Origin: Eledone cirrhosa
Lineage: Eukaryota
Assembly: GCA_964016885.1 (NCBI GenBank)
Contig: OZ024765.1
Coordinates: 20,708,001-20,772,000 of the forward strand
DNA length: 64,000 nucleotides
Direction of reading: 5' to 3'
A program made the position numbers and the translations under genes. The notes beneath the pieces were generated by a model that worked only from the letters and a program-made list of their open reading frames with translations, did not search any database and had not been told where the DNA came from. Shown in pieces: positions 15,199 to 31,029 of the stretch (within the stretch, counting starts at the first letter, position 1; the number at the start of each line of letters is the position of its first letter).

Positions 15199-15576
15199 TT
15201 ATATATTGGAAAATGTGTGAAATTCTTGGTACAGTTAGGTATATTTAAAAAAAAGGAAAAGAATGACTTCACTTGTAGTTCTAAACAATTTGATTTAATT
15301 TTATAATATTATCTACCAAATCATAATATTTTTTTTTTCCAGTCTCCTTCTCAACAAGGAAGATGAAAAAAACTTACCTCAACACTTCATTTTAAATCTT
15401 TAATTTTTAGTTTTTAATTCTTATTAATTCTCTTTAATTGTAAAACTCAACATTTGATAAGATGGATTTTACTAATACATCGAAACCGGTAATACTTTAT
15501 ATATTTTATATACTTTATATACTTTATATACTTTATAAAACTCTTTCCTAAAAGAATTGTCCCTCTCATTTTTTCA

Positions 15577-15763
15577 ATAATTGTTTCTACTTTAGGCACA
15601 AGGCCAGCAATTACCCAGTGCATTACTGGTACTTTATTTTATCGACCCCGTAAGGATGAAAGGCAAAGTCAACCTCGGCGGGATTTGAACTCAGATCGTA
15701 AAGGGACGTAACTATGCTGGAAAGCATGGCATCCGACCCTCTACCGATACTGCCAATCCACCA
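15577..15763 (-). mobile_element. Family A SINE (further copies at 16372-16562, 17315-17870 x2, 24841-25012, 55948-56091)
   Basis: Near-identical A/B box plus Nin-like body. Confidence 0.85.
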
Positions 15764-15899
15764 AAGAAAAGAAAAACAAGAAAAACAGACCCTAAAATAT
15801 ATTTTCCTTGCTATTTCCAACTTCACCTTTTCTCTATATCCACTGTTTTGTATAGAACCTTACTTCCCCTTTTCTAATATATATATATATATAAGTTTA

Positions 15900-16087
15900 T
15901 CCCGGGTTCTATTGGGGGTAACCACAGTAAGTAAGGTACTCAATACAAAGCAGAGTATAAATATTTAATATAGAAAAGGATTCTACAGGACTAGAACTGT
16001 TTCATTTGGGAGAAATCATCAGTGCTTCCTGATGATTTCTCCTGAATAAAACATTTCTAGTCCTGTAGAAGCCATTTCTATATTAAG
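15900..16087. mobile_element. Family H1 fold-back with back-to-back hammerheads
   Basis: tcatcag tgcttc ctgatga at the centre. Plus arm GCTTC CTGATGA..AAAAC..GTA GAAGC has G12 mutated; the minus arm has an intact GAAAC. Confidence 0.75.
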
Positions 16088-16264
16088 TGTGTGTGTGTGT
16101 GTGAGTGTGAGTGTGTGAGTGTGTGTCTGTGTGTGCTACTTACAAGAGGATAGTAAAAGTCAAAGTAAAAATGTGTTGTAAATAAAATAAAGAACTACTT
16201 GAAATCATATTGAATTAAATATTGAATTTATTATTGATCACATATTGATATGTCTATATATGTT

Positions 16265-16301
<37 letters not shown>

Positions 16302-16581
16302 GATATAATATATGATATATATATATGTATATATAATATATATTAATTATATATATATATAGTATTATATATAATTGTTTCTACTTTAGGCACAAGGCCA
16401 GCAATTATCCCAGTGCATTACTGGTACTTTATTTTATCGACCCCGTAAGGATGAAAGGCAAAGTCAACCTCGGTGGGATTTGAACTCAGATCGTAAAGGG
16501 ACGTAACTCTGCTGGAAAGCATGGCGTCCGACCCTCTACCGATACTGCCAATCCACCACCCTTAGTATTATATATAATAAA

Positions 16582-16624
<43 letters not shown>

Positions 16625-16767
16625 TATATCATATAAATATATAAATATATATATATAATTATATATTTATATGTATATATATATACACACACACATACAT
16701 ATGTGTGTATATATATTAATATATTATGTTAAATTATTTATTAATAATATGAGTATATATAACTCCC

Positions 16768-16802
<35 letters not shown>

Positions 16803-16837
16803 GTGTACATATATATATGTGTATATATACATATATT

Positions 16838-16868
<31 letters not shown>

Positions 16869-16894
16869 GTGTGTACATATATATGTGTATATAT

Positions 16895-16925
<31 letters not shown>

Positions 16926-18880
16926 TGTGTACATATATATATGTGTATATATACATATATTTATATATGTATATATATATATGTGTACATATATATATGT
17001 GTATATATACATATATTTATATATGTATATATGTATATATATATGTGTACATATATATATGTGTATATATACATATATTTATATATGTATATATGTATAT
17101 ATATATGTGTACATATATATATGTGTATATATACATATATTTATATATATATATATATGTAATAAATGTACAAAAGTATAAATATATACAAAGTTAATAA
17201 TAAACGTACAATTTAAAAAATGGTGTAGATCAAAGTGTAGGGGGGGGGGGCATTTTGGTCCCTTTGAAGGACCTGTCAATAATAATAATAATAGTAATAA
17301 TAATAATAATAATGATGATTTCTACTATAGGCACAAGGCCAGGAATTTGGGGGGGATGGGAAGTCTCTTAAATCGACCCCAGTGTATTACTGGGAAAGTA
17401 GATTAACCTTTAGTACACTGAATGTTTTTATGACACTGCATTATATGTTAAAGGGGAGATTATTCAATCGGTGACATAAGGCATCTAGAGCACCTTGAAG
17501 GTTAAATCAACCCCAGTGTATTACTGGTACTTTATTTCATTGACCCCCGTAAAGATGAAAGGCAAAGTCAACCTCGGCGGGATTTGAACTCAGATTGTAA
17601 AGGGCCGTAACTCCGTGCTGAAAAGCATGGCGCCCGACACTACCGATTCTGCCAATAATACAGGTTTCTGATATAGACACAAGGCCAACAGCTTTAGGGA
17701 AGGAGAAAGTCAATTAAATAGACCCAAGTGTATTACTGGTACTTTATTTTATCGATCCCTGCAAGGATGAAAGGTAAAGTTAACCTCGGAGGGATTTGAA
17801 CTCAGATTGTAAAGGGCCGTAACTCTATGCCACAAAACATGTCCGACGTTCCACTAGGTCTGACAACCCTTATAATAGTAATAATAGGGCTCCTTTTATT
17901 GACAGTTTTTTGGGGTATATTAAGTTCAGTTTAATATATATACATGGCTACCTCAGATATATACTGCATTATACACATGAATATAGTATACACCCTCTCT
18001 TTCATATGTATAATATATACATACATACATCTATCTATATAATATATACATATATGTATATTATTATATATATATATACATATACATTTATATATATACA
18101 TATCTATACATATCTATAGATATACATTTATATATATATATATATATACATTTATATATATATACATACATATATATATATATACATACATATATATATA
18201 TATATATACATTTATATATATATACATACATATATATATATATACAATACATATATATATATATACATACATATATATATACATATATATATATATACAT
18301 ATATATATACATACATATATACATACATATATATATACATACATATATATATACATACATATATATATATATATACATACATATATATATATATATATAC
18401 ATACATATATATATATATATATACATACATATATATATATATACATACATATATATATATATATATACATACATATATATATATATATACATACATATAT
18501 ATATATATATACATACATATATATATATATACATACATACATATATATATATATATACATACATATATATATATATACATACATATATATATATATACAT
18601 ACATATATATATATATATATATACATACATATATATATATATACATACATATATATATATATACATACATATATATATATATATACATACATATATATAT
18701 ATATACATACATATATATATATATATACATACATATATATATATATATATACATACATACATATATATATATATATACATTTATATATATATACATATAC
18801 ATTTATATATATATACATACATATATATACATATCTATATCTATACATATACATTTATATATATATATACATATATATAC

Positions 18881-18913
<33 letters not shown>

Positions 18914-19000
18914 CATATATATACATATATATATATATATACATTCATATACATATCTATACATATCTATATATATACATATACATTTATATATATATAC

Positions 19001-19037
<37 letters not shown>

Positions 19038-19084
19038 CATATATATACATACATATACATATATATATATTCATATATATATAT

Positions 19085-20256
19085 ACATTATCTAATGTGT
19101 CCTGTCATATACAGACACAGTGTATCTAGGACTACATTGTCTAATGTGTCCTGTCTTATATAGACACAGTGTACCTAGGACTACATTATCTAATGTGTCC
19201 TGTCTTATATACAGACACAGTGTACCTAGGAGTACATTATCTAATGTGTCCTGTCATATATAGACACAGTGTACCTAGGACTACATTATCTAATGTGTCC
19301 TGTCATATACAGACACAGTGTACCTAGGAGTACATTATCTATTGTGTCCTGTCTTATATACAGACACAGTGTACTAGGAGTACATTATCTAATGTGTCCT
19401 GTCTTATATACAGACACAGAGTATCTAGGAGTACATTATCTATTGTGTCCTGTCTTATATACAGACACAGTGTATCTAGGAGTACATTATCTATTGTGTC
19501 CTGTCTTATATACAGACACAGTGTATCTAGGAGTACATTATCTATTGTGTCCTGTCTTATATACAGACACAGTGTATCTAGGAGTACATTATCTATTGTG
19601 TCCTGTCTTATATACAGACACAGTGTATCTAGGAGTACATTATCTATTGCGTCCTGTCTTATATACAGACACAGTGTATCTAGGAGTACATTATCTATTG
19701 TGTCCTGTCTTATATACAGACACAGTGTACCTATGACTACATTGTCTAAGGTGTCCTGTCATATATAGACACAGTGTACCTAGGACTACATTATCTAATG
19801 TGTCCTGTCTTATATACAGACACAGTGTACCTAGGAGTACATTATCTAATGTGTCCTGTCTTATATACAGACACAGAGTATCTAGGAGTACATTATCTAT
19901 TGTGTCCTGTCGTATACAGACACAGTGTACCTAGGAGTACATTATCTATTGTGTCCTGTCTTATATACAGACACAGTGTACCTAGGACTACATTGTCTAA
20001 GGTGTCCTGTCGTATATAGACACAGTGTACCTAGGAGTACATTATCTATTGTGTCCTGTCTTATATACAGACACAGTGTACCTAGGACTACATTGTCTAA
20101 GGTGTCCTGTCGTATATAGACACAGGGTACCTAGGAGTACATTATCTAATGTGTCCTGTCTTATATAGACACAGTGTATCTAGCAGTACATTATCTATTG
20201 TGTCCTGTCTTATATACAGACACAGTGTACCTAGGACTACATTGTCTAAGGTGTCC
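19085..20256. repeat. 51-bp minisatellite
   Basis: Unit agtacattatctattgtgtcctgtcttatatacagacacagtgtatctagg; explains the 17-aa periodic ORFs. Confidence 0.9.
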
Positions 20257-20738
20257 TTCCTTCTTGTTGTTTAACCCTAGGTCAGTCATGATACAGTAGA
20301 TCTATAGTATGATCAAAGGTGTTCCAGCTGCCAGCTGTGACCATCCTGTCTTAAATACAGACACAATGTATCTAGGAATACATCATCTAATGTGTCTCTT
20401 ATTCAACATTGAGGGGTATTTGGGTGCTATTTCTAGTACATCTAACAACCACATAGAGGCTCTCGGCTTTGTAGCTCATTTGAGATGGAGTGTATATACT
20501 ATATACAAGACACATGCGTGTATAAAAGGGATGGGTATATAATTATTGCAAATGGAAGACGCATATATATAATGTAAGAATGTATGTGTATAAATATATA
20601 CACCCACTTAATGGTATATGTGTGTATTTTTGTGTATATTATGTTGGCTTGTATGTATGTATGTGTGTGTATATATATATAAATTTATATATATATATTT
20701 ACGTATATATATATATATATGTATATATATAATGTACG

Positions 20739-20769
<31 letters not shown>

Positions 20770-21368
20770 GTACATATATATGTACGTATATATATATATA
20801 TGTACATATATACATATATATATATACATATGTATATGTATATATATATGTACATATATACATATATATATGTATATATATATATGTATATGTATATATA
20901 TACATGTACATATATACATATATATATGTATATATATATATGTATATATATATATGTATATGTATATATATACATGTATATATATACATATATATATATA
21001 CATATATATATATACATATATATATATGTGTGTATATATATTTATGTATGTATATATATATATGTATATATATACATATATATATTTATGTATGTATATA
21101 TATATATGTATATATATACATATATATATATATATATACATATGTATATATATACATATATATACATATATGTATATTTATACATATATGTATATATATA
21201 CATATATGTATATATATATATATGTAATATATATATATGTAATATATGTATATATGTATATATATATATACATATACATATATATACGTTATTCCGGGTT
21301 GAATCGGAGGTAACCACAGTAAGTAAGGTACTCAATACATAGCAGAGTATAAAAGTTTTAATATAGAT

Positions 21369-21421
21369 GAGATTCTACAGGACTAGAACTGTTTCATTCT
21401 TGAAAAATCATCAGGAATCTC
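21369..21421 (-). ncRNA. Type I hammerhead ribozyme (intact, family H1)
   Basis: GAGATTC CTGATGA tttttcaagaat GAAACAG ttctagtc CTGTA GAATCTC: 7-bp stem I, stem III ACAG/CTGT, GUA site, weak stem II. Confidence 0.85.
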
Positions 21422-21431
21422 TATGTATATA

Positions 21432-21464
<33 letters not shown>

Positions 21465-21531
21465 GGAACTCTTTTAACCATCTTTTGATCTTATATATAT
21501 ATATATATATATACATATATATTTTTCTATT

Positions 21532-21737
21532 CTAAGGCGGGTAAAATTCCCGAGATCCATGGACGAGTTCTCTCCAGCGCTCTCTGTCCCTCATTATCGC
21601 TGCCATGTCTTGCGTCTCCAACAGACCAGTGTCTGTCCTTAGGGCATCAACATACGTTAACCTTGGTCTTCCTCTTCCAGTGTGTCCATGTAGGGGCTCC
21701 CACAGGAGCACTGAGTGCAGTGTCAACTCTGGATGTC
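21532..21737 (-). mobile_element. RTE family R1 3' fragment
   Basis: [25 protein letters not shown]...SREFYPP. Confidence 0.85.
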
Positions 21738-21802
<65 letters not shown>

Positions 21803-21960
21803 AGTTTTCTGATGGTCAGGGTACTATTACAGTACCTTTCATAGTTGTGGGTGTATATATATTATTTAAAGTTCTCCATATTGAGAATATATATATCACT
21901 GTTGTTTTGATGTGCAGAGAGAGAGAGTGAGAGAGAGAGTGAGAGAGAGAGAGTGAGAGA

Positions 21961-22040
<80 letters not shown>

Positions 22041-22312
22041 TGCTTATGTGATTGGTATATATGTGTATATATATACATATATATACCAATATAAATACAC
22101 AAACACAAATACATATGTACACATATATAAATCTACTTACACAACCACATATATATATATATATGCATACATATACATACATACAGACACACATATATAT
22201 GCATATATATATATATATATATATATAGATATACATACACAACCACACACATATATATATATATATATACAAATATACATACACATATATATATATACAC
22301 AAATATACACAA

Positions 22313-22357
<45 letters not shown>

Positions 22358-22516
22358 AATATACACACACACACATATATATATATATATACACATATAC
22401 ATACACATACATACATATATATATATATATAAAATGTTAAAAAAATAATGAATAAAACAATGAAACAGTTCCTTATATTAAACAAAAAAAAGTTCATTAT
22501 TTAACGATCGTTTATC

Positions 22517-22560
<44 letters not shown>

Positions 22561-22781
22561 TATACACACACACTCACAGATATACACACACACTCACATA
22601 TATATACACACACACACACATATATATATACACAAATATACATACACACACATATATATACACACACACAAATGTACACACACACACACACATATATATA
22701 TATACACAAATATACACACACATATATATATATACACAAATATATACACACACACACACATATATATATATACACAAATAT

Positions 22782-22812
<31 letters not shown>

Positions 22813-22821
22813 CACAAATAT

Positions 22822-22852
<31 letters not shown>

Positions 22853-22963
22853 CATATATACACAAATATACATACACACACATATATATATATATATATT
22901 TATATACATATATACACAAATATACATACACAAACACATATATATATATACTCAAATATACAT

Positions 22964-23002
<39 letters not shown>

Positions 23003-23139
23003 TACACAAATATACATACACACACATATATATATATATACATATATACACAAATATACATACACACACACATATATATATATATATATACACACAAATA
23101 TACATACACACATATATATATATATACTCAAATATACAT

Positions 23140-23182
<43 letters not shown>

Positions 23183-23214
23183 AATATACATACACACATA
23201 TATATATATATATA

Positions 23215-23282
<68 letters not shown>

Positions 23283-23495
23283 CACAAATATACATACACA
23301 CACACACATATATATATATATACACAAATATACATACACACACACATATATATATATACATATATACACAAATATACATACACAAACATATATATATACT
23401 CAAATATACATACACACATATATATATATATACATATATACACAAATATACATACACACACACACATATATATACATATATACACAAATATACAT

Positions 23496-23526
<31 letters not shown>

Positions 23527-23666
23527 CATATATACACAAATATACATACACACACATATATATATATATATATTTAAATATACATACACACATATATATA
23601 TATATATATATACTCAAATATACATACACACATATATATATATACATATATACACAAATATACATA

Positions 23667-23713
<47 letters not shown>

Positions 23714-23728
23714 TACACAAATATACAT

Positions 23729-23773
<45 letters not shown>

Positions 23774-23814
23774 TACACAAATATACATACATATATACAT
23801 ATATACACAAATAT

Positions 23815-23851
<37 letters not shown>

Positions 23852-23860
23852 CACAAATAT

Positions 23861-23897
<37 letters not shown>

Positions 23898-23934
23898 CAC
23901 AAATATACACACACACACACATATATATTATATA

Positions 23935-23984
<50 letters not shown>

Positions 23985-24167
23985 ATGGCCCCATAACTTC
24001 TGATAGAGTTGTAGGGTCCCCAGAGTGACATACAGGGTTTCTTGGGTATTTTAAACCTGGCAGAGTCCATCCCTCCCCAGGCCTGAGTACAGCAGATTTC
24101 TTCCAGAGAGAGGAAGTGAGAAAGGAGATATAGAGGAAGAATTGACCCCAGTACATGACTGGTACTG

Positions 24168-24278
<111 letters not shown>

Positions 24279-24735
24279 GGTGAGAGAGATAGGGTGAGAG
24301 AGATAGAGTGAGAGAGATAGAATGAGAGAGATAGAAAGAGAGAGATTGAAAGTGAGAGATAGGAAGTGAGAGATATAGAAGAAGATTTGACTCCAGTACA
24401 TGACTGGTACTGTATATATATACGGAGAGATAGAGTGAGAGAGATAAAGTGAGAGAGAGGAAATGAGAAAGAGATATAGAGGAAGAATTGACCCCAGTAC
24501 TAAACTGGTACTTTTTTTTTAGCAGTCTTGAAAGGACGAAAGGCAAAGTCTTTATTTATATTTATATATATATACATATATACATACATATATACATATA
24601 TATATACATATATACATACATATATATATACATACATATATATATACATATATATATATACATACATATATATATACATATATATACATACATATATATA
24701 TACATATATATACATACATATATATATACATATAT

Positions 24736-24778
<43 letters not shown>

Positions 24779-25137
24779 GGGTAATATTAAATATTATCCA
24801 ATTCCATGTATGAGAACAGCTGAATGTAAAATAACAAATATAATTGTTTCTACTTTAGGCACAAGGCCAGCAATTACCCAGTGTATTACTGGTACTTTAT
24901 TTTATCGACCCCGTAAGGATGAAAGGCAAAGTCAACCTCAGCGGGATTTGAACTCAGATCGTTAAGGAACGTAACTATGCTGCAAAGCATGGCGTCCGAC
25001 CCTCTACCGATAATACAGAGCCAAAATACTTTATAAATAACAGTCAAAGATTGTTTAAGAACATTTAAATGTTCTTAAACAATCTTTAACTGTTATTTAT
25101 ATATATATAGACGTTCAGCCATCTGGCAGGAAGGTAT

Positions 25138-25180
25138 ACGTTGCTGACGATAGCTAATAAGCTTGAAACTAGTACAGCGT
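25138..25180 (+). ncRNA. Minimal type I hammerhead ribozyme (intact)
   Basis: ACGTTG CTGACGA tAGCT aata AGCTt GAAACTAGTA CAGCGT: 6-bp stem I, stem II AGCT/AGCT, palindromic ACTAGT, GUA site. Confidence 0.9.
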
Positions 25181-25449
25181 TGAACAAATGAGCAACGCTG
25201 GTTGCTAGACACTACGGCTTAATACGGGATGTTTGTTTACAAACACACCGAGCATTATAATAAATGTTCGGTGAATCCATACGTACATATATGTATATGT
25301 GTGCATGTATGTATATATATATACATACATACTACTGTAAGTCTGTATACATATATGTATGTACGTATACATACTTATATTTAAGTAACAGCCGAGAAAT
25401 GAAATTTTGTTTCATTTTTTCCGTTTATATGTATATATATATATATATG

Positions 25450-25820
25450 TAATATAAGATCAAAAGATGGTTAAAGGAGTTCAATATATTTTATTATGCG
25501 CATTTCAAAAACAAACATCATCATGCAATAATATTTGTGTTTTCATCAGATAAAACAGGAGAACATGATATGAAGGCTAAAAAACACTTGTGGATAGTGC
25601 AGTTTTAAATCAACATATCTGCACTATCCACAAGTGTTTTTTAGCCTTCGTATCATGTTCTGTTTTATCTGATGAAAACACAAATATTATTGCATGATGA
25701 TGTTTGTTTTTGAAATGCGCATAATAAAATACATGGAACTCCTTTAACCATCTTTTGATCTTATATTATGTATACTCCAGTCCTACAAACTGTAGAGTGC
25801 TTCTTATCCGATATCTTCAT
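25450..25820. mobile_element. Fold-back cassette with two hammerheads (25489-25555 minus, 25663-25729 plus)
   Basis: ~155 bp arms. TTTTAT CTGATGA [long stem II] GAAATGCGCATA ATAAAA, with a one-sided 3' tail at 25770-25815. Confidence 0.85.
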
Positions 25821-26063
25821 TGCTTTATTGTACTACAATAAAACTCACCTCCTACATATATATATATGTATATATATAGCAATCAAAGGTTGTTTAAGAA
25901 CCTTATTCCAATGATTTGAAGAGGTAAACACTGTATTAAAGGTTGAGTGATGCAACTTCGAGTGATTAGTAGCCTTAGACTCACCTGATCAATGAACCAA
26001 TTGTTAATACTTGAAATAAAATCCTTTTTGTACTGTTGACCATGTTATTCTTCACTCTTTTAC

Positions 26064-26120
<57 letters not shown>

Positions 26121-26300
26121 CATATACATATATATATACATACATATATACATACATATATATATACATATACATATACATATACATATATATATATATA
26201 CATATATATACATATACATATACAATATATATATATACATATATATACATATACATATATATACATATACATATATATACATATACATATATATATATAC

Positions 26301-26395
<95 letters not shown>

Positions 26396-26408
26396 CATAT
26401 ATATATAC

Positions 26409-26487
<79 letters not shown>

Positions 26488-26660
26488 CATATATATATAT
26501 ACATATATATATACATATATATATATACATATATATATATACATATATATATACATATATATATACATATATATATATACAAATATATATACATATATAT
26601 ATACAAATATATATACATATATATATACAAATATATATACATATATATATACAAATATAT

Positions 26661-26691
<31 letters not shown>

Positions 26692-26759
26692 TACATATAT
26701 ATACATTATATATATATACATATATATATATATACACACATATATATACATATATATAT

Positions 26760-26809
<50 letters not shown>

Positions 26810-26856
26810 GTGAGACAAGCAAATAAGTTTTTTAAAATACCTAATTTTACTTCAAT

Positions 26857-26933
26857 GCCCCGACTGCAGTTTCGCCGTGTGGTGTGCAGCTATGGTGCAT
26901 CAATAGCTGTGAGGCCACGGCTTATCAAGAGAC
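26857..26933 (-). ncRNA. Degenerate hammerhead
   Basis: GTCTC TTGATAA GCCGTG...CACGGC GAAACTGCAGTC GGGGC. The core carries two transitions while the stems still pair. Confidence 0.6.
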
Positions 26934-26962
26934 CCCTCAAACTAAGAAAAAATTCTTCAAAC

Positions 26963-26990
<28 letters not shown>

Positions 26991-26994
<4 letters not shown>

Positions 26995-27420
26995 CGATAT
27001 TAATAAATGGAAACTATATTTATAAAACCATATTTATTTCATTATACATATTTCAGGGATACCAACTTAAATTATGGTATGCCTTCATCAGACAAAACAC
27101 AATATATAACAGTTTTACAAATAAGCCTTGACGTACCCTATTAAAATGCAACCATTGTTTTTGGAAGTCATCCGGATGACTTCCCAAAACAATGGTTGCA
27201 TTTTGTAAGGGTACGTCAATATTTATTTGTAAAACTGTTATATATTGTATTTTGTCTGATGAAGGCATACCATAATTTAAGTCGGCATCCCTGAAATATG
27301 TATAATGAAATAAATATGGTTTTATAAATATAGTTTCCATTTATTAATATCGTATACTACTCCAAATACTTGTTGAGTGCTTTATATCAGTTACAAAAAT
27401 ATTTACTTGTTGTATCCCAA
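26991..27420. mobile_element. Fold-back cassette with two hammerheads (plus copy 27248-27312)
   Basis: ~180 bp arms centred on catccggatg. TATTTTGT CTGATGA agg..cct GAAATATGTATA ATGAAATA. Confidence 0.85.
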
Positions 27421-27439
27421 CAATTTTAAATAGAACTTT

Positions 27440-27486
<47 letters not shown>

Positions 27487-27717
27487 CGAAGGAAATGTGG
27501 TAAGGAACCAGGTGGACCATAACGCACCAAAGTACTCAATACTTGGGGTAGTAGAGTGGGTAATAGGAACCAGTAAGACCCCGACAGCTGAGCTCAAGTC
27601 GTTTCGACGGCTAATTCTGGACTGAATTAGCCGTCCAGAATTAGCCGTCGAAACGGCTTGAGCTCAGCTGTCGGGGTCTTACTGGTTCCTATATATATAT
27701 ATATATATTTATATATT

Positions 27718-27853
27718 TAATTAGAAAGTAAACAACACAATATATATAAATATTTCATCTGATGAGCAATCCAGACATATATTAATATTGTCTGGGATCC
27801 AGAAACCTTTGGTAATGGAGTAGCTATATTTTGTGTTGTTCACTTTCTAATTA
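27718..27853 (+). ncRNA. Hammerhead ribozyme with extended stem I
   Basis: TATTTCAT CTGATGA ..TCCAGACA..TGTCTGGGA.. GAAACCTTTGGTA ATGGAGTA, flanked by pairing ttagaaagtaaacaacacaa / ttgtgttgttcactttctaa. Confidence 0.8.
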
Positions 27854-27948
27854 AATAGCTCTGTTCTATATATAGAGCACTCTTTTTTCCTTGGCTTTTT
27901 CTTTGGAATTACCTCACACATAAATATATATATATATATATGTGTATA

Positions 27949-27995
<47 letters not shown>

Positions 27996-28040
27996 ATATA
28001 TATGTATATATATATATATATATATAGATATATGTATATA

Positions 28041-28072
<32 letters not shown>

Positions 28073-28177
28073 GATATATGTATATATATATGTATGTATA
28101 TATATATGTATATATATATGTATGTATATATGTATATATGTATATATATATGTATGTATATCATGTATATATATATG

Positions 28178-28234
<57 letters not shown>

Positions 28235-28342
28235 ATATATATGTATGTATATATATATGTATGTATATATATATGTATGTATGTATATATATATATATAT
28301 ATATATAGATATATATATATATATATATATATATAGATATAA

Positions 28343-28720
28343 TACAATATTAAATAAATGGAAACTATATTTATAAAACCATATCTATTTCATTATATAT
28401 ATTTCAGGGATATCATATTAACAATATGCTATGCCTTCCTCAGACAAAATACAATATAAACAACCTTTTCAAATACAAGTCGATGTTGTTACGGTATGTC
28501 GAATCTATTTATCTATAAAACTGTTTATATTGTATTTTGTCTGAGGAAGGCATAGCATATTGTTAATATGATATCCCTGAAATATATATAATGAAATAGA
28601 TATGGTTTTATAAATATAGTTTCCATTTATTTAATATTGTAAATATACTCCAAATATTTGTCGAGTGCTTTTATATCAGTTATAAATATTTACTAGTTGT
28701 AACCCAACATTTTAAATATA
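28343..28720. mobile_element. Fold-back cassette, sister of 26991-27420, with CTGAGGA hammerheads
   Basis: Inverted repeat 28343-28641; plus hammerhead at 28533-28598; same 3' tail. Confidence 0.8.
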
Positions 28721-28738
28721 ACTTTCCATATATATAGA

Positions 28739-28836
<98 letters not shown>

Positions 28837-28863
28837 TATATATATATATATATGTATATATAT

Positions 28864-29148
<285 letters not shown>

Positions 29149-29157
29149 ATATATATG

Positions 29158-29224
<67 letters not shown>

Positions 29225-29227
29225 ATA

Positions 29228-29272
<45 letters not shown>

Positions 29273-29299
29273 GTATATATATATGTATATATGTATATA

Positions 29300-29344
<45 letters not shown>

Positions 29345-29371
29345 GTATATATATATGTATATATGTATATA

Positions 29372-29420
<49 letters not shown>

Positions 29421-29465
29421 GTATATATATATGTATATATATATGTATATATGTATATATATATG

Positions 29466-29496
<31 letters not shown>

Positions 29497-29523
29497 GTAT
29501 ATATATATATGTATATATGTATA

Positions 29524-29563
<40 letters not shown>

Positions 29564-29662
29564 TATATGTAGATATATGTATATATATATATATAATAGA
29601 TATATGTATATATATATATATATATATAGATATATGTAGATATATGTATATATATATATGTA

Positions 29663-29745
<83 letters not shown>

Positions 29746-29944
29746 GTATATATGTATATATATGTATATATATATATGTATATATATGTATATATATATA
29801 TATATATGTGTATATATATATATGTATATATATGTATGTATATATATGTATATATATAGATATATATGTATATATATATATGTATATATATGTATATATA
29901 TAGATATATATGTATATATATATATGTATACATAGATATATATG

Positions 29945-29976
<32 letters not shown>

Positions 29977-29997
29977 GAGATATATATGTATACATCG

Positions 29998-30030
<33 letters not shown>

Positions 30031-30198
30031 GATATATATATATATACATATATATATCTATATATATATACATATATATATATCTATATATATATGTATC
30101 TATATATATATATATATATATATATCTATATATATATGTATCTATATATATATATATATATATCTCTATATATATATATATATATCTATATATATATC

Positions 30199-30232
<34 letters not shown>

Positions 30233-30268
30233 CACATATATATATATACACATATATATATATACACA

Positions 30269-30302
<34 letters not shown>

Positions 30303-31029
30303 CATATATATATACATATATATACATATATATATATATAACAAAGTGTGGTAAGATACCAGGAGGACCATAAAGCACCAGAGTACTCAATACTTGGGGT
30401 AGTAGAGTGGGTAATATGAAAAGATTCATATCTAACTGGATCCAGCTGTCGAAACGGCCGGAGCTCAGCTGTCGGGCTCCTGAATCTTCATATACATATA
30501 TATATTGTTTTTTACTCTTTTACCTGTTCCTGCTATCTGGCTAAGGCCATGCTGGGGTACTGAGACTGCTAACGTGATTTATCAGGATAGAACCAGTTAG
30601 CAACTAGTTAGACCATTACTCACCAGAGTACTCAATACTGGGATAGCAGAGTAGGACTATTATAAAGAGTTGGGACCCCGACAACAACAACAACAACAAA
30701 AACAACAACCATCAACTATAAGAACTACAACAACAACAACAAGATAAACTTTGCTTTTCTATCCTTCCAGGATTGATAAAATAAAGTACCAGTAACGCAC
30801 TGGGGGCTGATTTAATCGACTCCCCTTCATTTTCCCCCTCAAAGTTACTGGTATTGTAGAAACAAAACAATGGCAGACTTTAATCTGTCCTGGCCATATC
30901 TTGTGGGTACCCACTGCCCCATACCCCTGGGGGAGGGGCTGGAAGAGAGAAAGAAAGAGAAAGAGAAAGAGAGGGAAAGATAGGGAGAGAAAGAGAGAGA
31001 GAAATAAAGAGAAAGAGAGAGAGAGAGAT

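Noticed and set aside
15448-15497. Additional hammerhead candidates (TTGATAA..GAAACCGGTA; also 1992, 42600, 61236)
   Set aside because: The cores are mutated or truncated and stem I does not pair. They are probably relics and were not called as features.
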